DNA from: a bacterium
Lineage (GTDB): Bacteria; SAR324; XYD2-FULL-50-16
Assembly (NCBI GenBank): GCA_032250835.1
Contig: JAVVEA010000010.1
Coordinates: forward strand, 1 to 64,000
Direction: 5' to 3'
DNA length: 64,000 bases
Shown in pieces: positions 36,439-45,622 of the stretch. Position 1 is the stretch's first letter. The number at the start of each line of letters is the position of its first letter. A program made the translations under genes and the position numbers. The notes beneath the pieces are model-generated. The model did not search any database and was not told the DNA's origin. It worked only from the letters and a program-made list of their open reading frames with translations.

Positions 36439-37573
36439 GGTCGATGGTTAAATGGGTTTGGGGCCCCTCTTCACTAAAGCCCAAGTCCAGCCGCAACACG
36501 ATGGCGTCGATCAAAGCCCGTACCCCGGCACCGTAGGAGCGGTGGATATCTTGTGTGAGTCGCTCATCATCCTGTGGCGAGACCTGTCCTTCTTCATAAA
36601 ATCCGGCCAGTTGCAGTCCCTCTAACTTGCCGTGAACCAGTAGCCAGTCCATGTCCAGGTTGGTGGGGATACTGTAGCGCAGTTCGGCGATTTTGGTTTG
36701 AGCGAACCGATCAGACCACCGCCCGCCAGGGTAGCCGCGCAGGCGCAAAAATCCACAGGTGATCACCTGATCGCTCTCTTCTAACCCTTGGGCGCTACAC
36801 CATTCCCGATACAAGGCTAAGGTAGTTTGTTCGCCCCAGGGAAGGTAAAGCCCCAGGTTGTATTGATGGGTCTTGACCTGTTCCGAGCGGGGGTCCTCTT
36901 CGGTATTGGAAGTGCCTAGGATGGACTTTTTGGGTGCCCGGAGGTTCGTGCTGTAGGTCATCCTCAGCCCTTTGTGCGGGTCTACCCAGTCGTCGGTAAA
37001 GTCCAACTTAATTTGTCCCGAGGCGGCGTGGGAGGCCTGGAGCACTTCTTGGCCCGCGCTGTTGATCTCATATCCTTTAAAGAACACCAGGTTGTAGCTG
37101 AGTTCAAAACGGCGCTCCCAAAGCCGGTAGGAGGGGCGCAAGAAATAGTAATTGAACTCTCCGGTATAAGGGATCAAGTAGTTGGGTGAATCCCGACCGG
37201 GCAGATAGCTGTAATAGTCGTTGAATTTGATGTCGCCAAACCAATATTCGAAGGTTAAGCCCGGAATTAGCAGCGGAACTTCCCGCAGGGCGTAGGCGCG
37301 GATATGGATGTCCGATCCGGTCCCGTCTGAGTTACCCACCGTTTGGGCCTCGGTTACGGCGGCGTCGACACCGCTACCCCAAAGGTTTGAAAAACTGCCC
37401 AGCACACCGACAAATACCCCCACACCGGGCATCGAAGCCAGCGCTGGAATCACCATGTAGACATTTTCGTCGCGGTCTTCGTAAAGTCTTCTTCGGTCGG
37501 GGATCCATGCGGAGGCATCGTTGATGAAAAGGGTGAGGGCCAAGAGGCTTAAGAGTAATTTTTTGGACATCAT
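36428..37573 (-). CDS. Omp85/BamA-TamA-like beta-barrel without POTRA domains
   Basis: Signal peptide MSKKLLLSLLAL; LRGY..GR lid motif, AELRY, SYGAGVR, LRLDLG, terminal AF. Confidence 0.7.
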   Translation of the reverse strand: MMSKKLLLSLLALTLFINDASAWIPDRRRLYEDRDENVYMVIPALASMPGVGVFVGVLGSFSNLWGSGVDAAVTEAQTVGNSDGTGSDIHIRAYALREVPLLIPGLTFEYWFGDIKFNDYYSYLPGRDSPNYLIPYTGEFNYYFLRPSYRLWERRFELSYNLVFFKGYEINSAGQEVLQASHAASGQIKLDFTDDWVDPHKGLRMTYSTNLRAPKKSILGTSNTEEDPRSEQVKTHQYNLGLYLPWGEQTTLALYREWCSAQGLEESDQVITCGFLRLRGYPGGRWSDRFAQTKIAELRYSIPTNLDMDWLLVHGKLEGLQLAGFYEEGQVSPQDDERLTQDIHRSYGAGVRALIDAIVLRLDLGFSEEGPQTHLTIDHAF

Positions 37574-37744
37574 AAGCAATGAGAGTTGGGTAGCTGCGAT
37601 AAAATTATATCTTGGTGGGGTTTCTGCCAACCTGCGAATGCTCAATCTTTATAGAAAAATCAAGGCTTTACTTCGGTGAACTGGGGCTGCCGTTGCCAGT
37701 TGGCCCCAAAGCGGCTAGCCTAACCCAGAACCCCTTAGCTTTAG

Positions 37745-38449
37745 GTGCCGCCCATGTTTTTGGAGTCTCATTCGCTCTACCTGCCCGGCCTTGAACCTGG
37801 GCAATCCTTGTCTGATTGGGGCGGCCCGGTAGACGATGCGGGTCCTCTCTTGGCGTTTTTAGAGGCCAAACAGCGCAGGCGGCTTTCTAAGCTAGACCGG
37901 TTGGTGCTTCAGGTGGCCCACCAGATCGGCCCCCCCGAAGTTTTGGCCGAGCGGGTGATCCTTTTTGCCAGTCGCCACGGAGAAATCGGCACCACCCTAA
38001 AACTTTTGCACCAATGGACCCAGGGTGAATCCTTGAGCCCCGCCGGGTTTAGCCACTCGGTCCACAATGCCCCGGCGGGGCGGCTCTCTATTTTAACGCA
38101 CAACCACCAACCAGCCAGCACCGTTTCCATGGGTTGTGACAGCCTGCAAGCGGGACTGATTGAGGCCGCCTCGCTCTTGGCCCGATACCCGGAGCGCCGG
38201 GTTTTGCTGCTTTTGGCCGACGAGCCTTTGGCCGCACCTCTGGACCTTTTAGGGATTGAGCCCATCTGGCCTAGCGCTTTAGCCTTGGACTTGAGTGCTC
38301 GGGTTGGCTGGCGGCTTAAGGTGCTACCGGGGACGGGAGCTGAGCCCGAGTCTGCCATGCTCCGTTTGGTTCGGTGGATTGAGCAAGGGGGCAGCGAACT
38401 GAAGCTAGAGGGCGAGCAGTTGGGCCTGCTGCTGCAAAAGGCGAACTAA
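37745..38449 (+). CDS. Ketosynthase chain-length-factor-like protein (ApeC-like)
   Basis: RRRLSKL, FASRHGE, LSPAGFSHSVHNAPAG; truncated non-catalytic KS fold. Confidence 0.8.
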   Translation: MPPMFLESHSLYLPGLEPGQSLSDWGGPVDDAGPLLAFLEAKQRRRLSKLDRLVLQVAHQIGPPEVLAERVILFASRHGEIGTTLKLLHQWTQGESLSPAGFSHSVHNAPAGRLSILTHNHQPASTVSMGCDSLQAGLIEAASLLARYPERRVLLLLADEPLAAPLDLLGIEPIWPSALALDLSARVGWRLKVLPGTGAEPESAMLRLVRWIEQGGSELKLEGEQLGLLLQKAN

Positions 38450-38552
38450 GGGTTGCCTAAATAGCGCAAAACAGCGAAAATCGGCCCTATTTGTCTTAGG
38501 TGGCCTTTGTCCCCTTTGTTGACCACCAGCCAACCTTCCCTTGCGCTTGCTG

Positions 38553-38822
38553 ATGAATGCCTTCACTGAACTGGAATTGGAGCTGAAACGATTGATCATC
38601 CAAACCTTGGATTTGGAGGATCTCAGCCCCGAAGATATTGATAGCCAGGAATCTTTGTTCGGAGAGGGCCTTGGGTTAGACAGCATCGATGCGCTGGAAC
38701 TGGGCATTGCCCTACAAAAGTCTTATGGCCTGAAGCTTTCGGGTGACTCTGAAGAAAACCGCCGCCACTTCTTCTCGATTTCTAGTCTTGCCCAGTTGGT
38801 GGCGGCCCACCAGACTAGCTGA
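38553..38822 (+). CDS. Acyl carrier protein
   Basis: LFGEGLGLDSIDALELG phosphopantetheine site. Confidence 0.9.
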   Translation: MNAFTELELELKRLIIQTLDLEDLSPEDIDSQESLFGEGLGLDSIDALELGIALQKSYGLKLSGDSEENRRHFFSISSLAQLVAAHQTS

Positions 38823-40534
38823 TGCCTCGCTCCGGCTGGATTCGCTTAGAGCGCTTGCTGAATGAACCGCTCGCCGGGCGTTGCCTTTGTTTTTGGAAAG
38901 ACCAATCGATCCACTCTGAACAACTAGCCCCGCTGCTGGGTCCTTTGGTCGAAAAGCTGCGGGACTCCGCTCCGGGCGGTTGGCTACTCTTCGCCCAAGA
39001 TAGCTGGCACTTCACCTTAGGCCTACTGGCGCTTTGGGCTGATGGCCGGCCAGCGCTGTTGCCGCCGAATGACCAGCCCGAAACACTAGCTTTGTGGGCC
39101 TCTGAAGCGGTTGGATTTTTGGGCGAAAGGGACCCAGGCTTGGGTTTGCCTTGGATTGACTTAGGGAGCTGCAAGCCCGGACCGGCCTTGAGTCCCCGCT
39201 TGCTGGACCCCCAGAGGCTGGCCCTGCGCCTCTTCACTTCGGGCACCACCGGCGAGCCCAAAGGGGTGGATAAAAAGCTGAGCCAACTAGCCGACGAGGT
39301 CGCCGCCCAGGAATCAGTTTTTGGGGACCAAGGAGGCAACGGCGCGGTTTTTTCGACCGTCTCCCACCAGCATATTTACGGCTTGCTCTTTCGTCTGCTT
39401 TGGCCGCTCTGCGCCGGTCGGCCTTTTGCCCGAAAGGCTCATTTTTACCCCGAAGAACTGATCGCTGATTTAAGCCCCGGTGCTCTGTTAATCAGCGGTC
39501 CGGCCCACCTCAAGCGCATCCCGCAGCTAATTGAATGGTCGGACTTGGCGGCGGTTGATCCGTTGATCTTTAGCAGCGGCGGGCCCCTACCGAGCGAAAG
39601 GGCCGAACAGTATCGGTCTAAATTAGGGCGCGCGCCCATTGAAATGTTCGGCAGTACCGAAACGGGCGGCGTCGCTTGGCGTCAAGTCCAAGCTGAAGAC
39701 CCAGAACCACTCTGGACCCCTCTGCCGCAGGTGGAGACTCAGTTGGATTCGGCCGGGATGTTAGTGGTTCGGTCGCCCTATGTTAGCTTAGAACCGGGGC
39801 AAACATGGTTGGTTATGGGTGACCGCGCCGAAATCACCCCTATGGGCTTACGTCTCTTGGGCCGAGGGGACCGGATCGTCAAAATTGAAGAAAAGCGTTT
39901 GAGTCTGCCGGAGATGGAAGCGCGGCTCGAAGCTTGTGTTTGGGTGGAACGGGCTTGGCTGGTCCCCCTTGAAGGCTCCCGCCTGCGTTTGGGCGCGGCT
40001 CTGGTCGCCAGTGAAGCCGCCGCAAAACGCTTGGCGGCAGGTGAAGAGAAAGCCCTCATTGGGGAGTTAAAAGAATATCTGGCTGGTTACTATGAGGCGA
40101 TTCTGAGGCCCCGCACTTGGATTTGGCTGGAGCAATTCCCGCTAGACCCGCAGGGCAAAATCGACCGCTTGGCTTTGTTGGGGCACTTCAATCAGCCCCA
40201 GATGCCCGTTGAACACCAACGCTTGGCCCAGGCGGACCGTTTGCGTCTGCGTTTGGAGGTGCCCGCTCAATTGCGCTGGTGCCAGGGGCATTTTGAGGGG
40301 GACCCCTTGGTCCCCGGCGTGGCCTCACTGGATTGGGCCCAACGATACCTAGAAGAACACTTGGGCGAGCCCGCAGCGCTCAAGGAAGCCCAAAAAATCA
40401 AATTTGGGGCCCCGCTGAAACCGGGTCAGGTCTTTTGGTTGGAGCTAAGACGTCAAGGTGAACAGAGCTGGGCTTTTAGCTTAACCGAAGGGGGCCTGTC
40501 CTTTGGTTCGGGCCTTTTGGTGGTGGAGGCCTGA
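38822..40534 (+). CDS. AMP-dependent acyl-ACP/CoA ligase fused to FabA/Z-like dehydratase (ApeH-ApeI-like)
   Basis: FTSGTTGEPK, HQHIYG, FGSTETGG, GRGDRIVK; C-terminal GHFEGDPLVPGV hotdog motif. Confidence 0.82.
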   Translation: MPRSGWIRLERLLNEPLAGRCLCFWKDQSIHSEQLAPLLGPLVEKLRDSAPGGWLLFAQDSWHFTLGLLALWADGRPALLPPNDQPETLALWASEAVGFLGERDPGLGLPWIDLGSCKPGPALSPRLLDPQRLALRLFTSGTTGEPKGVDKKLSQLADEVAAQESVFGDQGGNGAVFSTVSHQHIYGLLFRLLWPLCAGRPFARKAHFYPEELIADLSPGALLISGPAHLKRIPQLIEWSDLAAVDPLIFSSGGPLPSERAEQYRSKLGRAPIEMFGSTETGGVAWRQVQAEDPEPLWTPLPQVETQLDSAGMLVVRSPYVSLEPGQTWLVMGDRAEITPMGLRLLGRGDRIVKIEEKRLSLPEMEARLEACVWVERAWLVPLEGSRLRLGAALVASEAAAKRLAAGEEKALIGELKEYLAGYYEAILRPRTWIWLEQFPLDPQGKIDRLALLGHFNQPQMPVEHQRLAQADRLRLRLEVPAQLRWCQGHFEGDPLVPGVASLDWAQRYLEEHLGEPAALKEAQKIKFGAPLKPGQVFWLELRRQGEQSWAFSLTEGGLSFGSGLLVVEA

Positions 40535-42204
40535 TGCGTTTTTGTGTCGTTATCCCCAACCACAACCACAAAGACCCTATCCGGGGGGTGATCGAAGCGC
40601 TTAAGCCCTTTGGCTTCCCGGTGGTGTTGGTGGATGATGGGTCCGATGCGGCGAGCAAAGAGGTCTTCGCACAGATTGTTCAAGATCACCCCGAGGTTAC
40701 GTTGGTTACTCGGTCCGAAAACGGCGGCAAGGGGGCGGCGGTCAAGGATGGCTTGCGCAAAGCCCGCCAATTGGGCTTTACCCACGCCGTCCAGGTGGAC
40801 GCAGACGGGCAACATGACTTAGCCGATTTCCCCAAATTTATCGAAGCCGCCCGGGCCAACCCCCGTGCTGTGATTCTGGGCCAGCCGGTCTTTGACCATA
40901 CCGCCCCGAAAGCCCGGCTCTTCGGGCGTAAGGTGACCCGTTCCGTGATCTGGCTGCAATGCCTCTCCAGGGCGATCAAAGATGGGCTTTGCGGTTACCG
41001 TTGTTATCCCCTAGGCCCTACGGTGCGGGTTTTAGAACGCCGCCACGCAGGCAACCGGATGGACTTTGACCCCGAAATTGCGGTCTTTTTGTTTTGGGAA
41101 GGCCTCAAGGTGGTCAATATCCCCACTAAGGTTCGATACATCGAAGGCAACCTGTCTAATTACCGCTATTGGGCCGACAACTTATTGGTAGCTCGTTCCC
41201 ATACCTTGTTGGGCTTGCGGTCCTTGGCGCTGGCTCCTTATACCTTGCTTAAACGGCTCTTTGGCCCCAAGGGTGGGCCGGACTGGTATGAGCGCCAGGA
41301 GCGCACCAACGATTTTTGGATTAACCTGGCACTGATTCTGTTGACCAACGTCGGCTCAGGCTTGACCCGGTTGATGATGTATCCGGTGATCCTCTATTTT
41401 TATCTCTCCGACCGACGCGGGCGCGACGCCATCACAGAGTTTTTGAGCCAAGTCCAGTTGGACCCGCGTGCCGCCGAGAAGTTGCCTAAAAAGCCCGGAG
41501 CCTGGGCGAGCTACCTGCAATACTGGCATTTTGGGGATCTTCTGCTGGAGCGCTTTGAGATTTGGCGGCATAAAGGCGGCGATTATCAGGTGGAAATCGA
41601 AGGGCAAAAATGGGTCGATGAGATTGACCAGAACCCTAAAGGGGCTCTGTTCATCAGCGGGCACTTTGGCGGGCCGGACCTACTCAAAGCGCTGAGCTTG
41701 AGTCAAGGACAGCGGCCAGTGCACAGCATCATGTTTAATAAAAACGCCCAATCGGTGATGAACCTCTTAAAAAAAATCGACCCCGACTCTAACGATCATA
41801 TTGTCGAGCTATCGCGCATCGATCCGGGGTCCATCTTTGAATTGCAGGCGGCTTTGGAGCGTGGCGAGTTGGTGGGGGTGCTGGCCGACCGCCTGACCTA
41901 CGGCGCTGAATCCCGCTATAGCCTGCGCCCCTTTTTCGGACGTCCCGCCCCGATGCCCCACGGTCCCTGGATTTTGGCCAGCCTGTTGGAATGTCCGGTC
42001 TATGTGGTGTTTGCCGTAAAAGAGGGCCGCCGCCAGTTCCGTTTCCGGTTCGTCAAGTTGGCCGATCAAGTCCATTTAGACCGCAAAAGACGGGTCGAGC
42101 AGATCGACCAACTGATCGACCGCTATCTGGCCGAATACGAAGCCATGATCTGCCGTTATCCACAGCAATGGACCAACTTCTATCCCTTCTGGGAGGAGCC
42201 GTGA
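40534..42204 (+). CDS. GT2 glycosyltransferase fused to LpxL-like acyltransferase (ApeJ-like)
   Basis: VDDGS, NGGKGAAV, DADGQH; C-terminal GHFG, LADR, YPQQWTNFYPFW. Confidence 0.85.
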   Translation: MRFCVVIPNHNHKDPIRGVIEALKPFGFPVVLVDDGSDAASKEVFAQIVQDHPEVTLVTRSENGGKGAAVKDGLRKARQLGFTHAVQVDADGQHDLADFPKFIEAARANPRAVILGQPVFDHTAPKARLFGRKVTRSVIWLQCLSRAIKDGLCGYRCYPLGPTVRVLERRHAGNRMDFDPEIAVFLFWEGLKVVNIPTKVRYIEGNLSNYRYWADNLLVARSHTLLGLRSLALAPYTLLKRLFGPKGGPDWYERQERTNDFWINLALILLTNVGSGLTRLMMYPVILYFYLSDRRGRDAITEFLSQVQLDPRAAEKLPKKPGAWASYLQYWHFGDLLLERFEIWRHKGGDYQVEIEGQKWVDEIDQNPKGALFISGHFGGPDLLKALSLSQGQRPVHSIMFNKNAQSVMNLLKKIDPDSNDHIVELSRIDPGSIFELQAALERGELVGVLADRLTYGAESRYSLRPFFGRPAPMPHGPWILASLLECPVYVVFAVKEGRRQFRFRFVKLADQVHLDRKRRVEQIDQLIDRYLAEYEAMICRYPQQWTNFYPFWEEP

Positions 42205-42953
42205 AGCCCTTTGAGTTGAGTTGGCGGATATTCTTGGGGGGCGAGGTGTTGGCTTTGGCTTTCCGCAATCTGGCTTGGTACCCCTGGGTGGCCGGTCTCT
42301 TGGCTGGTTGGTTTGCGCTGGTGTTTGTACGGGGTCTTTTTGATCCTAGGGCAAAGTTTTTTATCGATATTTTTAATGGCGGCGGCAGCGAGCCCGTGCT
42401 TTATCTGACCTTTGATGACGGCCCCGATCCCGACGAAACGCCCGCCCTGCTCGAATGGTTGGCTCAAGAAGGAATTAGGGCCGGTTTTTTTGTGACCGGC
42501 GAGCGCGCCGAAGCCTACCCGCAGTTGTTGGCTCAAATCGCCGAAGCAGGCCACCAGATTGGCAACCACAGCTTCAGCCACGCAAAGAGCGTGGCTTTTT
42601 CCAGCGCCAAGGCCTGGCGGCTTGAGCTAGAGCGAACGGACCGGGCCATTGAAGCGGCGACGGGTAAAAAACCCCGGCTCTTCCGCCCGCCGGTGGGGAT
42701 CACCACGCCTTCGTTAGCCTCGGCTATAGAAGACAGTGGGCGCGTGGTGGTGGGTTGGAGCCTGCGGAGCTTAGATTGGTTCACGCCCGACCCCAACCGG
42801 GTGGCCCAGCGGATCTTGGACCGGTTAGAGCCAGGGGCCCTCTTTTTGTTGCATGACGTGCCCCATCCTGGGGCTTCGGCCTTGGAGGTTTTGGCCCAGG
42901 TAGTGCCCCAGGCCAGGGAGCGGGGCTACCGATTCGCCTTGTTGCCATTCTAG
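42201..42953 (+). CDS. Polysaccharide deacetylase (CE4) with N-terminal TM
   Basis: LTFDDGP, GNHSFSH, FRPPVG, LLHD; GTG start after GGAGG. Confidence 0.85.
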   Translation: MKPFELSWRIFLGGEVLALAFRNLAWYPWVAGLLAGWFALVFVRGLFDPRAKFFIDIFNGGGSEPVLYLTFDDGPDPDETPALLEWLAQEGIRAGFFVTGERAEAYPQLLAQIAEAGHQIGNHSFSHAKSVAFSSAKAWRLELERTDRAIEAATGKKPRLFRPPVGITTPSLASAIEDSGRVVVGWSLRSLDWFTPDPNRVAQRILDRLEPGALFLLHDVPHPGASALEVLAQVVPQARERGYRFALLPF

Positions 42954-42992
42954 GGAGCATCGCCTAGGATGGGCCATTGAACCTATCTTAGA

Positions 42993-44555
42993 GTGCCGAT
43001 GAACCACGCGCCCACCCGACTTCTGTTGACCGAACATCCGGTCAGCCTCCTTGAGTTTCTTGCGGCCTTACAGCCCAAGGGCCAAGTGGGTCTATCACCA
43101 GACCCTACTTACCGAGGCAAACTAGAAAAATCAGCCCAGTTTGTGGCCGATTCGTGGAAGCAAAACCGCGAGATATACGGGGTGACCACAGGCTACGGGG
43201 CCAGTGTGGGACGGGCGGTGGACCCGGCGTTGATCGAGGAATTACCGCTGCACCTGACCCGCTTTCATGGCTGCGGTACTGGGCGTTACTTTGAGGAGCT
43301 ACCGGCCCGGGCGATCGTTCTGGCCCGCTTGATCAGTCTGGCCAAGGGCTGGTCTGGGGTGCGGGTGGAGTTGTTGGAGCGGCTAGCGGAGCTGTTCAAC
43401 CGCAATCTCTTACCGCGCATCCCCGAAGAAGGGTCTGTGGGCGCGAGCGGCGATTTGACCCCCCTGTCTTATCTGGCCGCTCTGTTACTGGGTGAGCGTG
43501 AAGCGCTGGTGGAAGGTCAGGTGGTGAGTGCGGCCGAAGCCCTGGCCCAGGCGGGCTTGACTCCGCTCAAGCTGGTGCCTAAAGAGGCCCTTTCGATGAT
43601 GAATGGCACCTCGGTGATGACCGCTTTGACGGCTTTGGCATGGGAGCGGGCCGAACGGTTGCAGCGCGTCGCCTGCCGCATTACGGCCATGAATGTGATC
43701 GCCTATCGGGGGAACCCGGCCCACTTCGACGCCCGCATCTTTGAGGCCAAACCCCACCCAGGCCAAGCCCGCGCCGCCGCCTGGATCGCCCAAGACTTGG
43801 ATTACCATCAAGGTGAGCCTTTAAGCGGGCCCAAGCGTCTGCAAGACCCCTATTCGCTACGTTGTGCGCCCCATGTGATCGGCGTCTTGGGGGATGCCTT
43901 AGATCAGTTTGTCTCTTGGATTGAGGTAGAGATCAATAGCGCCAACGACAACCCTTTGGTGGATGCCGAGGCGGGTGAGTTTTTGCATGGCGGTAACTTT
44001 TACGGGGGCCATATGGCCTTTGTGGCCGATGGCCTGAAAAACGCAGTGGCCAACTTGGCTGATTTGTTAGACCGGCAAATGGCCCTGCTGGTTGACGAAC
44101 GATTCAACCACGGCCTACCGGCCAATCTCTCGGGCGCAACGCCCGAGCGGGCGAGCATCAACCACGGCTTTAAGGCGCTACAAATCGCCGTCTCTGCCTG
44201 GACCGCCGAAGCCCTCAAATTGACCATGCCCGCTTCGGTCTTCTCGCGCAGCACCGAATGCCACAACCAAGACAAGGTCAGCATGGGCACCATCGCCGCC
44301 CGGGATTGCCTACGCATTCTAGAATTGACCGAACAGGTCGCCGCGGCAGTGATGATGGCCGCCCAGCAGGGCCTACGGCTACGCCAGCGGGCCGGAGACC
44401 TAGGGGACGGTGAGCTAGGGGCCTTAAGCCGCTTTATGGACCAATTGAGCCCCTGTACCGCCTTTGTGGACGAAGACCGCCCCTTAGAAGCCGAAATCCG
44501 CTGTCTCACGGCCGCGTTGGCCGATGGGACCATCGACCCCTACCGGGAGGATTAA
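42993..44555 (+). CDS. MIO-dependent aromatic amino-acid ammonia-lyase (HAL/PAL/TAL family)
   Basis: IYGVTTGYG, GSVGASGDL (MIO), QDPYSLRC, HGGNF, HNQDKVSMG. Confidence 0.93.
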   Translation: MPMNHAPTRLLLTEHPVSLLEFLAALQPKGQVGLSPDPTYRGKLEKSAQFVADSWKQNREIYGVTTGYGASVGRAVDPALIEELPLHLTRFHGCGTGRYFEELPARAIVLARLISLAKGWSGVRVELLERLAELFNRNLLPRIPEEGSVGASGDLTPLSYLAALLLGEREALVEGQVVSAAEALAQAGLTPLKLVPKEALSMMNGTSVMTALTALAWERAERLQRVACRITAMNVIAYRGNPAHFDARIFEAKPHPGQARAAAWIAQDLDYHQGEPLSGPKRLQDPYSLRCAPHVIGVLGDALDQFVSWIEVEINSANDNPLVDAEAGEFLHGGNFYGGHMAFVADGLKNAVANLADLLDRQMALLVDERFNHGLPANLSGATPERASINHGFKALQIAVSAWTAEALKLTMPASVFSRSTECHNQDKVSMGTIAARDCLRILELTEQVAAAVMMAAQQGLRLRQRAGDLGDGELGALSRFMDQLSPCTAFVDEDRPLEAEIRCLTAALADGTIDPYRED

Positions 44556-44960
44556 ATGGTGGGCTGGCAGGCTGGTGTCACCGGCGAGGTGCCCTTCCAT
44601 GACGTGGACTCGATGTCCATCGTCTGGCATGGGCATTATTTTAAGTACTTTGAATTGGCCCGCACGGCCTTGATGCGCCAACTAAATTACGACACCCCCG
44701 AAATGATTGCCTCCGGCTATAGCTGGCCAGTGGTGGAAAGCCATTGCCAATACCGCCATCCCCTCCGCCTGGGCCAATCCTTTGAGGTCCGTGCCGAAGT
44801 CTCGGGCTATGAGAGCCGCCTGGAAATCAGCTACCAAATCCATTCAGCAGGCCAGTTGGTGGCCAAGGGTTTTACCGCCCAAGCCGCCGTGGCCATGCCC
44901 GCTGCCGAACTTTGTTTGGTTACACCCGAGGTGTTGCGCCGTGCCCTTGGGGTGTTGTGA
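44556..44960 (+). CDS. 4HBT-like acyl-thioesterase (ApeK-like)
   Basis: VPFHDVDSMSIVWHGHYFKYFELAR. Confidence 0.85.
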   Translation: MVGWQAGVTGEVPFHDVDSMSIVWHGHYFKYFELARTALMRQLNYDTPEMIASGYSWPVVESHCQYRHPLRLGQSFEVRAEVSGYESRLEISYQIHSAGQLVAKGFTAQAAVAMPAAELCLVTPEVLRRALGVL

Positions 44961-45622
44961 AGGGCTGGTACCTCCTAGCGGGGTTGCTTTGGTTCACCCC
45001 CTTGGCCTGGGCCGAACTCCCCCCACCGGTGGATTTTGAGGTCAAGCCGATCACCGCTGGGGAACTGCCCAAGGAACTCCGCGAAGTGGTGGGCCTGATG
45101 TCGCCGGAAAATGCCTTCCGGGCCAACTTCTTGATGTCTACCTACTCGAAGGGGAGCACCCGCCCGGTCAACCAAAAGGGCCGCTTCACCTTCGACAATG
45201 CGCAGGGGATGTTGGTCCAAACCATCGAGCCTGAAAAAGAGGCTTTGCTGATCAGCCAAGAAGGCGTCTTTTCGTTAGATACCCAGGGCAAACACCATCT
45301 GGCCGAAGACCCGGGCATCTTCCCGAAGCTACGCGAGTTTTTTGAGGGGCGTTTTGAACAGCTGGCCTCTGAGGCGAAACTGCGCTTCGGCACCCAGGAT
45401 TACCAATGGGAATTGATCATCGAACCCGAGAGCGGCACCTTAGCGGGCCGGGTTACACAGATGCGGCTGCGGGGCGAACGGGGTGCCTTGTTGTGGGTGC
45501 GTATCGCCGAAAAGGACCTAACCGTTACTTCGATCAGGCTTTACAGTTTCCAACGATTTAAACACCCGCTGGGCGAAACGGAGTTTTTTTATCTTGCACC
45601 GGTTCAAGACTTTATCCCTTAG
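44957..45622 (+). CDS. LolA-like periplasmic carrier (ApeL-like)
   Basis: Signal peptide from GTG 44957; FRANF...GRFTF...QTIEP; position between thioesterase and MMPL. Confidence 0.6.
   Translation: MKGWYLLAGLLWFTPLAWAELPPPVDFEVKPITAGELPKELREVVGLMSPENAFRANFLMSTYSKGSTRPVNQKGRFTFDNAQGMLVQTIEPEKEALLISQEGVFSLDTQGKHHLAEDPGIFPKLREFFEGRFEQLASEAKLRFGTQDYQWELIIEPESGTLAGRVTQMRLRGERGALLWVRIAEKDLTVTSIRLYSFQRFKHPLGETEFFYLAPVQDFIP

Noticed and set aside
42993..44555. hutH of histidine catabolism
   Set aside because: No hutU/I/G nearby, embedded in a lipid biosynthetic cluster, and lacks the SH pair
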